Source: Octopus sinensis
Taxonomy: Eukaryota
Assembly (NCBI RefSeq): GCF_006345805.1
Contig: NC_043015.1
Location: forward strand, 10,478,001 to 10,542,000
DNA: 64,000 nucleotides
Direction of reading: 5' to 3'
The notes beneath the pieces are model-generated. The model made no database searches. It was not told where the DNA came from and saw only the letters and a list, made by a program, of their open reading frames with translations. A program made the translations under genes and the position numbers. Every line of letters begins with the position of its first letter. Positions within the stretch are counted from its first letter, which is position 1. Positions 25,046 through 37,455 of the stretch are shown here, piece by piece.

Positions 25046-25598
25046 GTTAGTTAGTTAGTTAGTTAATTTGGCTCAAAAGCAAATAGCAAGGCAATGTAGG
25101 GGGACATGGAGTTAAGTACAGGGTGGTGTTCATGTAAAGAGTTCAGGCTACTTGAGGTCGAGGGAGGCTTTGAACAAAGCGGTCGTCGGCATCTTTACCA
25201 TCTCGTCTGGCAGCTTGTTCCACGGATCCGCAACCCGGACGGAGAAAGCTCCTCTCCTTCGATTTAGATGAAATCGTCGCAGGTAGAGCTTTTCGGAATG
25301 ACCCCGCAGCCGACGCTCTGGAGCAGGAGTGAAGAACAGCTCTTTCGAGAGGTTACACTTTCCGCTTATGATGTTGTGGGCGAGAATGAGATCACTACGG
25401 CGGCGGAGTTTTTCAAGAGAATAAAGGTCGAGCGTCCTCAGCCTTTCTTCGTAGGACAAATTTTTGAGACCATGAACCATGCGGGTAGCCGGCTTCTGGA
25501 CTCTTTCGAGATGCTGTATGTCTTTGAGGAGATAAGGAGAAGAGGCTTGAATCCCATACTCCAATATGGGTCTCACCAGCGTGACATAGAGTGGTAGA
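25046..25598 (-). mobile_element. CR1/L2-type LINE 3' fragment, open frame 25148-25597, (TAAC)n tail
   Basis: LYVTLVRPILEYG...LERVQK.ATRMV..L..LSYEERL..L.LYSLE..RRR.DLI...RLRGHSEKL...FSVRV...WNKLP. Confidence 0.93.
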
Positions 25599-25720
25599 AC
25601 TTATTCTTTGTAAGCCTAGTACTTATTCGACAGTTCTCTTTTGCAGAACCACTAAGTTAAGGGGACGTAAACACACCAGCATAAGTTATCAAGCGATGTT
25701 GGTGGGGTCAAACACAGGGG
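25599..25720 (-). mobile_element. SINE middle segment
   Basis: AACATCGCTTGATAAC..TGCTGGTGTGTTTACGTCCCC...TACTAGGCTTACAAAGAATAAGT. Confidence 0.85.
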
Positions 25721-26006
25721 ACAAAGGTTTTTCCCAGCTTTCACTACTTTCCTCTCGTTCTGGACCTAACGAGTTTTAGTTTTCGTTCGGTTCCCTTGTA
25801 TGTGTCCACTGTCATTTTATGTAGATAAACAGCCGACAACTGCTGAAGGGTCTTTTCTCTGTGTTTACTTGTCCTGTTTTCCATTTTCTTCCCGCGGTCC
25901 ACTATTTCACTCGTTTTCCTTCGCCTGTTTAGGTATTTCATGTTATTTGTCCTGTTGCCGACTACATATATATGCATATATGTATGAATTTATATGTATA
26001 TGTGCG

Positions 26007-26076
<70 letters not shown>

Positions 26077-26289
26077 TATACATATATATATATATATGTA
26101 TATATATATGTATATATATATATGTATTTTATGTATATGTATGAATATATATCTATATATGTATATATATATATATAATATATATATATATATAATATAT
26201 ATATATATATACATATATAATAAGTATATTATTATTTAATTGAACGCGACGCATCCATTTCCAAGTATATATATATATATACACATACA

Positions 26290-26450
26290 TGCACAAACAA
26301 GGTGCTTTCCAGACGTTTGAGACTGTGAATACCCTGTGGAAATCCTCCAAAATGAATGTACCCATGCCTCACACATTTCGCTTCCTTACTCAGCTGGTAG
26401 GACAGCGAAAATTTAAGGGAGCATAGTCTGGACTGTAGGGGCGTCTACTC
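26290..26450 (-). mobile_element. Mariner transposase relic
   Basis: PYSPDYAP at 26417-26440 resembles the mariner YSPDLAP motif; the rest is decayed. Confidence 0.55.
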
Positions 26451-28759
26451 TCTCATGTAGTTAGCTAATATATAATATGCAAGTCAGCATATATATAAAA
26501 CATACGCTAAAATTAAAACAATGTGGCAAGTATGTGGCTGCCCCTTGTAAATAGGTCTCAAAGTAAGTATGAAAATTTTGTTAAAGCACAAGCAAATTTT
26601 ATATCGGTAAGGTAGTTGTAAATATAACGTCTGCAATTCAGAAGCATTAAGAACTTTGTGGTTATGTTATAAAATTCATATTTGATTGTATTGTGTACCT
26701 TGAGTCAATAATTTACCTTCACTTTAGATCTGCTATATTTTTTTATAATTTAAAATATTCTGTATGTACATATTCTGTGCATTTGTAAATCGTTACAGTG
26801 AATGCAAATACTCAATAAACACGTGATTTGTCAAATTTTAATGCTGAATTCGTCTTCAGATTTCTCTAAGAGTCTGCTTCCATTTCCAGTGATGTTTGAA
26901 ACAGTGTATTACTATTTTAGATGTATATGACATTTTTCATAGACACAACCCCTTACATGTCTAACGCAATGATGTACTACTCAAAGATTTTTTTGTTATT
27001 AAGAGTAATGAATCGTTATATTGTACCTATTTTTATACATTAAAATATTAAAGATAACCACAACAGAACACTACATTAGTTTATCTCCGCTGTAGTTGCT
27101 CTTGTTATAAGAATTCAAAGATAATTTAAATACTGCTCTAAAGCGCCCCAAAACATATCCTTCCATTGACTCTTATTAATTTTACGGCCTCTTCCACCAA
27201 CTGCAAATATACAGTTGTCTTTATTGCAGATTCCCACAACTCTTTCCTATTTTAAATTTATATGCATGAAAAATGGTTAAACACAAACAGAATTAGAGCC
27301 TCGTATTTGGTTTCCCTTTCTCGACAGACGATTCTTGCGTTTATAAATAAATCATTAAACCTCTAATTATCTGAGTACAAATATCGAATAATATTTGATC
27401 ACCTGTCCGGATAACTATACATACATATATTGCGTATACATACATATATTGATAGTGGATTGGTTATATAATATACAAAAGTGGTGACTTTTGTCCAAGT
27501 ACATTTCGTTCCAATATATTTTCCATTGAAAATTGCAACACGATACGGTAATCGAGGATTCTAAACTGAATCCTTATTTTCCAAACCTGTGCTTATTTAC
27601 GCTTGTCTCGAGCCATTAAACATGGAATTTTCACTTTTGAATTACGATGTTTTAAGTTTTAATGGAGAGCCTTACTTGATGATGCTTATAATGCCGTTTC
27701 ACTATTCTTTAGGAACAATTCAATTTCTGTCGATTCAAGAAGGTTAGCATTGATGTACCGGAACAGTTGGAGATTTATAAGAACGAACAATACCAATCAT
27801 GGTTTTTATGCCAAGAATAAATGATATACGATCAATTATCAATCTGCGGAAACGTTTGGATAGTTTTCACATAACGTACTGTAATTTTGCACAATCTTTT
27901 TGTATTTATTGACGACAAAAAGCATGTTTCATTCCAATTCCGTTCAAACATTTCACTAGTATTTTTAATAGTTTTCATTTATTACAGGTAAAAAGAGATA
28001 AAGATAGAACAGGAAATGGTTTTCTTAAATCATCTGCTGGAAAATGCTCAACGTAATTGGTTCCAAAGCTTCTATAGCAGTTGGGTAAAAATAATTTAGA
28101 GAAATATATACGAATGTTTAACAACAAATAGCTAATACACCATTATGCATTGCAAAAATTGATTCTGTTGTGGCAGGCAAGGTATAATCTAGCTTATTAC
28201 TCTGCCAGAATTCCTATTTAACACTAGAAAATAAACTGGTGTGCTTTGATTACGGATCGTCTGATATTTGATATATCGATGTCACACTCTTGTAATGATA
28301 TATCAATATCACACGTCTGTCCTGTGATTTACTTTTAGGAAAGTTCCTAAACACAATATTTCAAAACCTGTTTTATTTATCTTCAGGTATTAAGGTCCAG
28401 TTTCATTCACGAGAGTTTGCGCTATAGAGATTAAAGGCGTAGCACATTCTAGATTTTGAACCGCCGTTTGACAACCTTCTTGCTCTATACCATGATTTGT
28501 TGACTTCCGAGGACTGACGATGACCGTGCCACACATCATTCCTGTTACCACGATCAGTTTTGCAACATATTGTCTAGAATCATAAATTCTACCACATATT
28601 CTCTGAAAACGAATATGTTATGCTCTCACCCCGTGGACGTTGGACCACTATAGAGGAATTTCCCTTTTCATACTTATCAGAAATTCCTAGAGGGTACTTC
28701 ACAAACCACGGCATCTGAAGAACTGGACGGGGAGAGATTACCGTCCGCCCTCCTCTTGA

Positions 28760-30755
28760 CGTAAATCAAAAGTATGTTCTTGGTCAATTTACGTTGCGCG
28801 GCCTCGAGTTGGATTGGAAGCAAAGCTGCCCCCTTGACAATCTCAGGTCACATAGACTAGGTCTACTACTGAAACCAGACTGAGTGCACTACATGCTTTT
28901 TCACCCCTCCTAAACGACTACGAGAAATTTATATCTCTATGCCAGCCTGGAGTTGCAGTTCTACTTAGAAAAAATTTAGATTTAGTGATAAGAACAAACA
29001 TTTTAGATCCGGAGGGCCGGTTGGTCGTCCTTGATTTAATGCACTGCAGTGGTAAGATCTTCTTGTTGGTTACTGTCTATGCTCCTTCCAGAGCTGGGCA
29101 GTCTAACTATTTCAGAAGCCTGGAGACCTTTCTAGGAACGTTGCACACCTTAGTGATGGCATGGAACGCACGCGTAGATTGTGTAGATCTGCAACGCACG
29201 CGTAGATTGTGTTGGCTCGAATCCTGATAGTCATTTTCAGCTGGCAGATCGATACAGACTGCATTATCCGAACGTTCCTTTGTGGACATGATCTAGTAAC
29301 GACGGGTCTTCCAGATCTTATCTAGATAGGATAATAGTTAGAAATAAAGATACATGCATGGCTAGTTGTCCACAATTCCACATTGTCAACTACAGTGATC
29401 AAAAATTGTGACCGGTAAGCTTGACTGTGATAGTTTGTGTAGATAGTATGTGTAGACAGGGCCCCGGTTACTGGAAGTTAAACACGTCAGTTTTTGTCTG
29501 TGAGACTTGCAGGAGCCGGGTTAGAGAGATAGCAATAAGGCCATTAACCGGTTGCATTTAGCAACAAATGATAGTATGCCCTCATAAGAGCCATCATGTT
29601 AGAATCGGTTAGATTAGCAAATAGCTAGCCTGTAAGAGAAATAGAATAGAAAAGGATTTAGTTAAGGCACTAGAGGAGACAATGAGGTCAGGCACCGCAT
29701 CTAAGATTTTGGCAGCGAGATTGGCACTCGACGAATGCCTCAAAGCTAAACACCCTAAAACGTTGTCAGAGCTAAGCTACGTGCAATGGGACAAGAGGGA
29801 ATCAAGGTCGCTAGATGGGCTCATGTGCTAGTGGTCCAACGTGGGAATGACAGATCAACACGATCGTTCAGTGAACGAACCCGAGGAGCAGGAACCATGG
29901 ATTAAGTGCGACCAAAGTCGGTATCATGGCAAGCAGAGTGTTGCCCGACACTCATGCTTCCCTCCCAGATGGGCAATGCCAGCGGCGGAGGTCCTACCTC
30001 GTCATTCTATAGAGGGTTGTTAAAGGACAAATGTAACAACGTTCTGGGGTAAAAGTTTGGCTCCGATGGCAGTCAGCTTGCCAGCCTGTACGGGAGAACA
30101 TTCACACCAGGGGCTATGAACAATCTCCAGAAGCCCCTGGTATGACAATGCTACCGAAGAGCCTTACCGGTTTTGGATAAAATCTTCAGGCATGGCTCTT
30201 CGCTTTCGCCAATATTCCAAAGACGTGGATAAAACAGAGAAACTGCTCTGCACGCAATTGTGCAATATCTGAGAATCTTCGAACTATGTGGGAAGATTAC
30301 AACTGTCAACCGAATCTATAATTAAGATTTTCCACCGACTACTTTGAACAGGGACGTGCAGGCTTCTTTCCTCTGCATAGTTGCTATAGTGAAATATGTA
30401 GTACGGAAGACACGTGTGAAAGTAATTCTGTGAGGCATGTTCACACCCAGCCTTGGGCTAGTCAACGTTTTTTTGATTCTCCACCTTAGAAGGAAAAAAA
30501 AGGCTGGAGAGGGATGCTTGCCACCAAGTATGTATGAGAAAAGATGGAAGAACGTTGGTAGCATACTGAGAGGGAATGAACCGAATGGAGCGAGAGCATG
30601 AAATTATTACAAAAGATCAGTGTTGGAACGTGGTTTATGGGGTTGCCCACGTCTCTCACTCCACTTTTGTTATTACTTCGAGGGGCCGATCACAGCTGGT
30701 AAAGTGGATGAAGCTTTAGCTGACTGCGGAGGGGACAGGTCGCCGGGGCTAGATA
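28760..30755 (+). mobile_element. Decayed, rearranged L1/Tx1-type ORF2
   Basis: APE: VAVLLRKNLD, DPEGRLVVLD, VYAP, SYLDRI, YSD, GPGYWKLN; C-terminal ALPVLDKIFRHG...ETALHAIV; RT-start SPGLD cut by (TA)n. Confidence 0.82.
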
Positions 30756-30780
30756 CATATATATATATATATATGTATGC

Positions 30781-30824
<44 letters not shown>

Positions 30825-30865
30825 GACAAGTGGGGTGAATTCACTTCAATCTCAATTACTTAACC

Positions 30866-30934
<69 letters not shown>

Positions 30935-30938
<4 letters not shown>

Positions 30939-32150
30939 GTACATCGGACAAACGGGACGCCGCTTGGCTGACCGGTTCGCGGAACACCTTCGTGACATCC
31001 ACCTTGCGAACGACACACCGGTCTCACGCCATTTCCGCTCCACCGGTCACTCCTTGCAACACTATCTGTGTTCGGTTTGTCCTTACACAGAGGCATCCGA
31101 TTCCCGTTTGCGCCGTGAACAGGAATTAATCTTCTCTCTTCGCTCTTATACGCCATTTGGTCTCAACTCTCCCCCCCTCCTCATCTAACCCCCCTCTCCC
31201 CCTCCTCACCTATCCTTTCTCCCCCCGACCCCACTTCTTCAGTCCTTCATCTTTCACCCTACTCCCTTCCTTCTTCCCTCTTTCTCCCCCTCTTCCTCTT
31301 CCCTCTCCTCTGCTCCCTCACTCCCTCTCTCCCCCTTCTCTCTCCCCCTCTCCCTCTTTCCTCCTTCATCCCTCTCCTCCCCTTCTTCTCCCCATCCTCT
31401 CCTCTTCACCCTCCCCTCCCCTCTTCTTCCCCTCCCCTTCTCCCCCCTCTCTCCCTCCCCCTCTTCTCCTCACTACAACCACATGACTTTACACATCACA
31501 TCACATATGATGTGCCATACTAATACACACACCAACTAATACATACTAATACGTACTAATACATACTAGTACATACTAATACTTACACCAACCCTATACA
31601 CACACGTCCAGACCCCCATACGCACTTATACTCTCTCACACACACACACACACCTATACATACCAATACGTACTAATACATACTAATACATACTAATACA
31701 TACACCAACCCCATACATACGCACGTCAGACCAATCCAATCCCACGCACTAATACTCTCTCAACACATACACACACACACACACACACACCCTTATACAT
31801 ACTAATACATACACCACCCCTATACATACACATCCAGACCCCTCCCACGCACTTTTAGCTGGTCCCTCAACCCTATTATCTCCCCTTATTTCGCTCTCGC
31901 GTCTCATGTTTGATCTTTGACCTCTGGCCGAAATCAGATCGCCATGTTGATTCGTTAGCTACTGCACGCATTTTTTTTCTCTCCTTCTTTCTGTGTTTTT
32001 CTCTCTCTGTGTATCTTTCTGTTGAAGAGCGTAGGCTCGAAACGTTAAAGACTTGTTTTATTTATATTTCCTGAGCGCCATACTAATACAATTGTTCGTT
32101 TGTTTTCCACCTGCCTTCGTCTTTTGTTTATTTTCATAAAGCTTCCCGTT
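30935..32150 (+). mobile_element. Second PLE, 5'-truncated: GIY-YIG C-terminus (30937-31188), CT-rich 3' UTR, terminal repeat
   Basis: [18 protein letters not shown]...PVSRHF...GHS...[18 protein letters not shown]; (TA)n at both ends. Confidence 0.9.
32014..32051 (+). ncRNA. Minimal type I hammerhead-like motif with A6U core change
   Basis: TCTTT-CTGTTGA-A-GAGC-gtag-GCTC-GAAA-CG-TT-AAAGA. Confidence 0.6.
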
Positions 32151-32152
32151 AT

Positions 32153-33175
32153 ATATAACCTGTACTAGGAGAAGAAGAGACAAAAGGAAACGAAACGAAT
32201 CGAATCGAATCGACGCGAGGGCGCTCAGTCATACAATAGTGTAATGAATAAAATATATGCATACATACATACATACATATATGTACGTACCTACATCTAC
32301 ATGTATATATACATGCATATATAAATATATATATATACGTGAGTACAGGACACCACAAATAGTCGTAGAACTCAACGAGAAACGAAAACGTAAAAACAAG
32401 CATGGAACGGACAATTTTTTTTTACAACTAAAAAACGGAGTACGAGACAAACTACACCAGGAAAAACCCCTTCATCAGCTGTCCATAGTTCAACTCCAGC
32501 GTGTTTCGAAGGTGAGGACAGAAGACGACTCGTTGAACTAGTCCTTCCTGCGAAAGAATTAAATAAAATTACTTCGCAGAGGGGTAAAAACAAGGAAAGA
32601 AAAATATGTGACACAAACAGGACGTAAAAACGATACAAATAAAATTACAAAATAAAATACAAAATAAAATACAAAATAAAAATACAATTACAAAAAAATA
32701 CAATACGAGAAATAAAAACAAACAAGAAAACAAACCTAGACGAGGAAGATTCTAAGAGCGTAAGAAAAACCGTGTGTTTACAGTTAGGAGACCGCAGGCA
32801 AAAAGGAAGTAGTCAGCCGGCTGTGAGAGAGATGAGGAGGAGTGAGAGAGACAGAGATAGAGGAAGACAAGCGGCTGAGAGAGAGATGAGGAGGAGTGAG
32901 AGAGAGAGAGATAGGGAAAGAAGGGAAGGTCAAGTAAAGAGTAAAGAGTTTCGCGTCATAATTATATATAAAGCCTGTACTAGGAGAAGAAACGAAACGA
33001 AACGAAACGAATCGAATCGAATCGACGCGAGGGCGCTCATTCATACAATAGTGTAAGAAAAAAATGTGAAACAAACAGGACGTGAAAACAATACAAATAA
33101 AATTACAAAATAAAATACAAAATAAAATACAAAATAAAAATACAATTACAAAAAAATACAATACGAGAAATATAT
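32153..33175. repeat. Mosaic partial direct repeats
   Basis: About 32153-32255 recurs at 32965-33065; about 32600-32715 recurs at 33060-33172. Confidence 0.8.
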
Positions 33176-34284
33176 ATATATATACTTAGATGTAGAGAGA
33201 GACGGTAATGAATGAGAAGGGAAAGAAAATAAAGAATGACTGTATATCGGTATGAGTAATCACTAACCTCGCCTGCATTTAAACAATAGTTCAGATAACA
33301 TTTTTTTTTCTTATTAATTGCAATAAAAATTTACGGAACTAGATTCATAATTAAATCTCAAGTTTTGTTACTGCATTCTAAACCTGCTGTAATCGATGTT
33401 TAATTAAAACCTGATCGTTGAAATTTCGTCAATTAAGGGGTAAACAGGATATTATGAATTTCGACCCCCGCCTGACAGAGTTGAGGCGTGCGCCTACTAC
33501 TTATAACAAGAGAAGCAACCATGTAGAGGCTCCCTTGTTAACTCGGTAAGTACAAAGTTTTAAGAAATACTTGATATCGAATATCTCTCTATTTAAAGCC
33601 ATTTAACTTTTCACCTTTTCAGTACAACTTTATTTCTCAATTTATATCCATTCAGCTTTAAAATTCCTAATTAGAACATGAGGAAGTTATACACAGATTA
33701 GCTAATTATAACATTCATTAACCTATTGAGGTAGAGAATTACAACAATTTAAAATATAACGAGGTATAATGTTTGATGACCTGTTCATGTATACATTACA
33801 ATTACAATTATGATTCTGATGATAGATGGCATAACATTCAGAGTGTGCGGTGGACAAATTACTGAACGTTAATTAGTGCAATGCTTTTCCATTGTGAGTG
33901 TAAATCCCGTAATAGCATTTCGTAAATTCCTATGTTGATAAATAAACTCAATACTAACAAAATTGGAATGAATTACTGCAATATACCTAGGATTTGAATG
34001 AGGAACCATTCTGGATAAATTCAGTGGAATGATTTATCGAATGTGTGGAACCGACCTACCTTTACAATTCTCTGTTCCTGCGATCGAGCGCAGTAACTTA
34101 TAGTTCACGACACTAACAAGAATTGAACTTGCAACCCCAAGAACAACAATAATAATAGAAACATAACTAATAATGAGACGATGAGAAGGAATTTACCAGG
34201 TGACGTCTTCCATAGAAGCCTCTCGACATTATATTGCATGGGTAGCTGCATGAATATATTCCTCAAAACCATGCATACGTACTC

Positions 34285-34327
<43 letters not shown>

Positions 34328-34586
34328 TGTGTATGTGTGTGTGTGTACCTGAGCATAGCAAAAAGCACACACGTGGTACGGGCAAAGAAATGCATATACA
34401 AATTTACGCACACAAATAGCCACGCACATAGTTATAGATGACGCGGTGTATATGTTTGTACGCGCGCGTGCTGCGGGCGTGCATGTGTGTGCGTGTGTGT
34501 GTGTGTGTGTGTGTAAATTCTGTCTGTATGTTTGCGCGTGTGTGTGTGTGTTTGTGTGTGTGTGTTTGTGTGTGAGTGTGTGTGTT

Positions 34587-34617
<31 letters not shown>

Positions 34618-35556
34618 CTTTGTGCGTAATTCCAGGAAGAGCTCAACGACAATTCTAAGGATAAGCAGAATTTATAATTAATTCCAAACTTGTACTCGGA
34701 GTGCGGATTTTCATTTGGAGCAAACTTATTATCATACACGTGTTCATATATTTATGTGCAACCCCGTCAATTTAGAATTATTAGTATAGCTTAAACTGTA
34801 TATTTCACAGTAGCATTCTCAGTCTCATTATAGCAAGCTACACTTGCTCCTGCTCACTAGGTATCCACATATTTATTACCAATCTTTTCTGTAGTCCTAT
34901 TTAAAATCTGAAATGCGAACGAGAAATTAACAGAGTGCTTCAACATATGCTTAAAATATTTAATTGTATATACAATGTGTAGCTGAATGGATATACATAC
35001 AAAAGAAGGGAGACAAAACAAAGTGAAGGTTCTAGTGGTGTTTAACCACATCATAGATATTTTCTCTACTCAATAACATCTTAAAAGCTATAAAAGTGGA
35101 CGCACACGATTCGTACACACACACACACGCACAGATATTTCGCACGCACGGACGCTCACAAACACACACGCACACACACACACGCACACACACGAATATA
35201 TATATATATATGCATGTATCTATATTATAATGGTTAAAGCTGCGTATTGTTTCTTTAGAATTATGTAACTTCTACCGAAAGAAACTATTTATTCCTTTTA
35301 TATGAAATCCTTATAAATCCCAAATTTCCAAAATGTGGTTTTTTGAACATTTATTTGTGTTGTGGGTTTCAAATACACGTTAATCAGATAGAAAATTCTA
35401 TTCAATACGGCATGCTTTTTGTAATGTCTAACATTTCTATCTCTTCTCTTCTACTGATTCCTTATAACGCCCTGTCTTTCCCTCTCTGTCCTTCCCTCAT
35501 CTTATTTCTTCCTATATTAAGTCATGTGTTTGTAAATGCTATTAATATAAAAACGT

Positions 35557-35609
<53 letters not shown>

Positions 35610-35749
35610 TATGTATGTATATATTATATATATTATATATATATATAATATATTCATATGTATATATATATATAATATATATATATACATATATATATAT
35701 ATTATATATATATATATCTATATATATATATATATATAATATATATATA

Positions 35750-35791
<42 letters not shown>

Positions 35792-35896
35792 TATATTATA
35801 TATATTATATATATATATAGAAGGTTAGTGGTGATGTACAGGTATTCTATATTAGAAAAAATAAGGTGCTCAGAAATATGGATAGTTGTAAATTTA

Positions 35897-36022
35897 CTGA
35901 TTTTTATTAATATGTCACATGTTTTTATAAATCATATATATTAGCGCTTGCATCTACTGTAGTACATTCTTCAGAAAATATATGATTTATAAAAAAACAT
36001 GTGACATGTTAATAAAAATCTG
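35897..36022. repeat. Inverted repeat, about 43-bp arms
   Basis: gatttttattaatatgtcacatgtttttataaatcatatatatt vs aatatatgatttataaaaaaacatgtgacatgttaataaaaatc. Confidence 0.85.
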
Positions 36023-36154
36023 TTAATGTACCACCATCCAGATTTATGAGTACCTTATATTTATCACACACACATACACACACACACACACACATATATA
36101 TAGATATAGATATATATAAATATATACGTACATACACACATATGTGTGTATATA

Positions 36155-36200
<46 letters not shown>

Positions 36201-36357
36201 AATGTATACTGATATATTTTGTTTATATTGTATTATTGTATTAATGTGTATATATATATATATATATATATGTGTAGAATTATGAGTGTCTATGCACACA
36301 TTTTTATATTTTATATTTTTATATTTATATGTAAATTTTTTTCACACTTATATTAAA

Positions 36358-36470
36358 TTTTCTGAATAGGCCGTGAGACATCCTTGTTAATGTCTCATTT
36401 ATACCTGCTTTATATGGCTAATAGGTTAAATGAGACATACTTGTCTTCACGGCCGAAACAGCTGTCAGAT
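36358..36470 (+). ncRNA. Degenerate type I hammerhead-like motif with long branched stem II
   Basis: CTGAATA (G8U)-GGCCGTGAGACA...TGTCTTCACGGCC-GAAA-CAGCTG-TC. Confidence 0.5.
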
Positions 36471-37375
36471 ATGATGTAATTGTATTTTATATTTCTATTT
36501 CCATGTCTAGTTATATTTGCAATATATTATGTATAATGTCATTGATGTTATGTAATGGTGTAATAAAGTATTGATTGGGTATTATCTGATAGTTGATGAT
36601 TGATTTAAGTATGTTTCTCCATTTTCTCATTTTGTATATATATATATATATAATTATTCTAAATCTATGTATTGAGCGACTGAGTGGTTTTACGCGACTA
36701 CATGATGAAAGTCGAAATTACGGTACTTCTACGTAAGCACGTCCGAAAATTTCATGTTCTGTGCATTGAACTGTAGTAATTCATGATAACTTCTTCACTA
36801 GTGTCGTGTAGGTCTGTGCCTGCGTTTGTAAATTTAGGATGAAATGCGACCAGAGGCAGTTTAATACCAGATAATGAGTATAGAAATGATAGTGAGCTTA
36901 CTAAAGATTTTAAACAAAAGACATACGATATTTGGAGGTGATACGATAAGGAATATCGGTCAATAAACCAGGCTTATGTAACATAGCAATTTTTGTTGAA
37001 CTTACGAAATAAAACGCGAAAGAAAAAAAAACACTCCGCAAAAGTGCGATAATTCATACCTTGGAAGATAAATGCTTGCCTTATCGCTGAGTTTGACAGG
37101 AAGTGTCATAAATACTGGGGAACATCATTGTTCATGTTCAATGGAAAGGGCTACGACTAAAGTACTTTCTATTGCAATATGTATCGATTTTGAGTTTATA
37201 ATTTTCAGTGTATAATATTACTGTCGAGAGACAAGTAATAAAACCCACGAATAATAAGGGCGTTTGAACTGGGTATCGAAATGCACATGTATCGCAGGAA
37301 CGGTTCGTTTTCTAGATGGATACTTGTAGTAAAAACTGTTGATTTCAGTTTGTTAGATAGAAAGAAAGATATATA

Positions 37376-37376
37376 A

Positions 37377-37455
<79 letters not shown>
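37376..37455 (+). repeat. (GATA)n microsatellite
   Basis: Direct inspection; a second tract lies at about 50290-50400. Confidence 0.97.

Noticed and set aside
31540-31810. Repeated ATACATACTA units with variable spacers as a CRISPR-like array
   Set aside because: Short irregular minisatellite inside a PLE 3' UTR; eukaryotic context, no cas genes.
32460-32530. Permuted hammerhead (CCTTC-GAAA...CTGATGA-AGGGG)
   Set aside because: No stem III or stem I can be formed.
33490-33552. TATA-like TTATAA plus strong donor CG|GTAAGT as a first exon
   Set aside because: Short motifs frequent in AT-rich DNA; no downstream exon could be tied to it.
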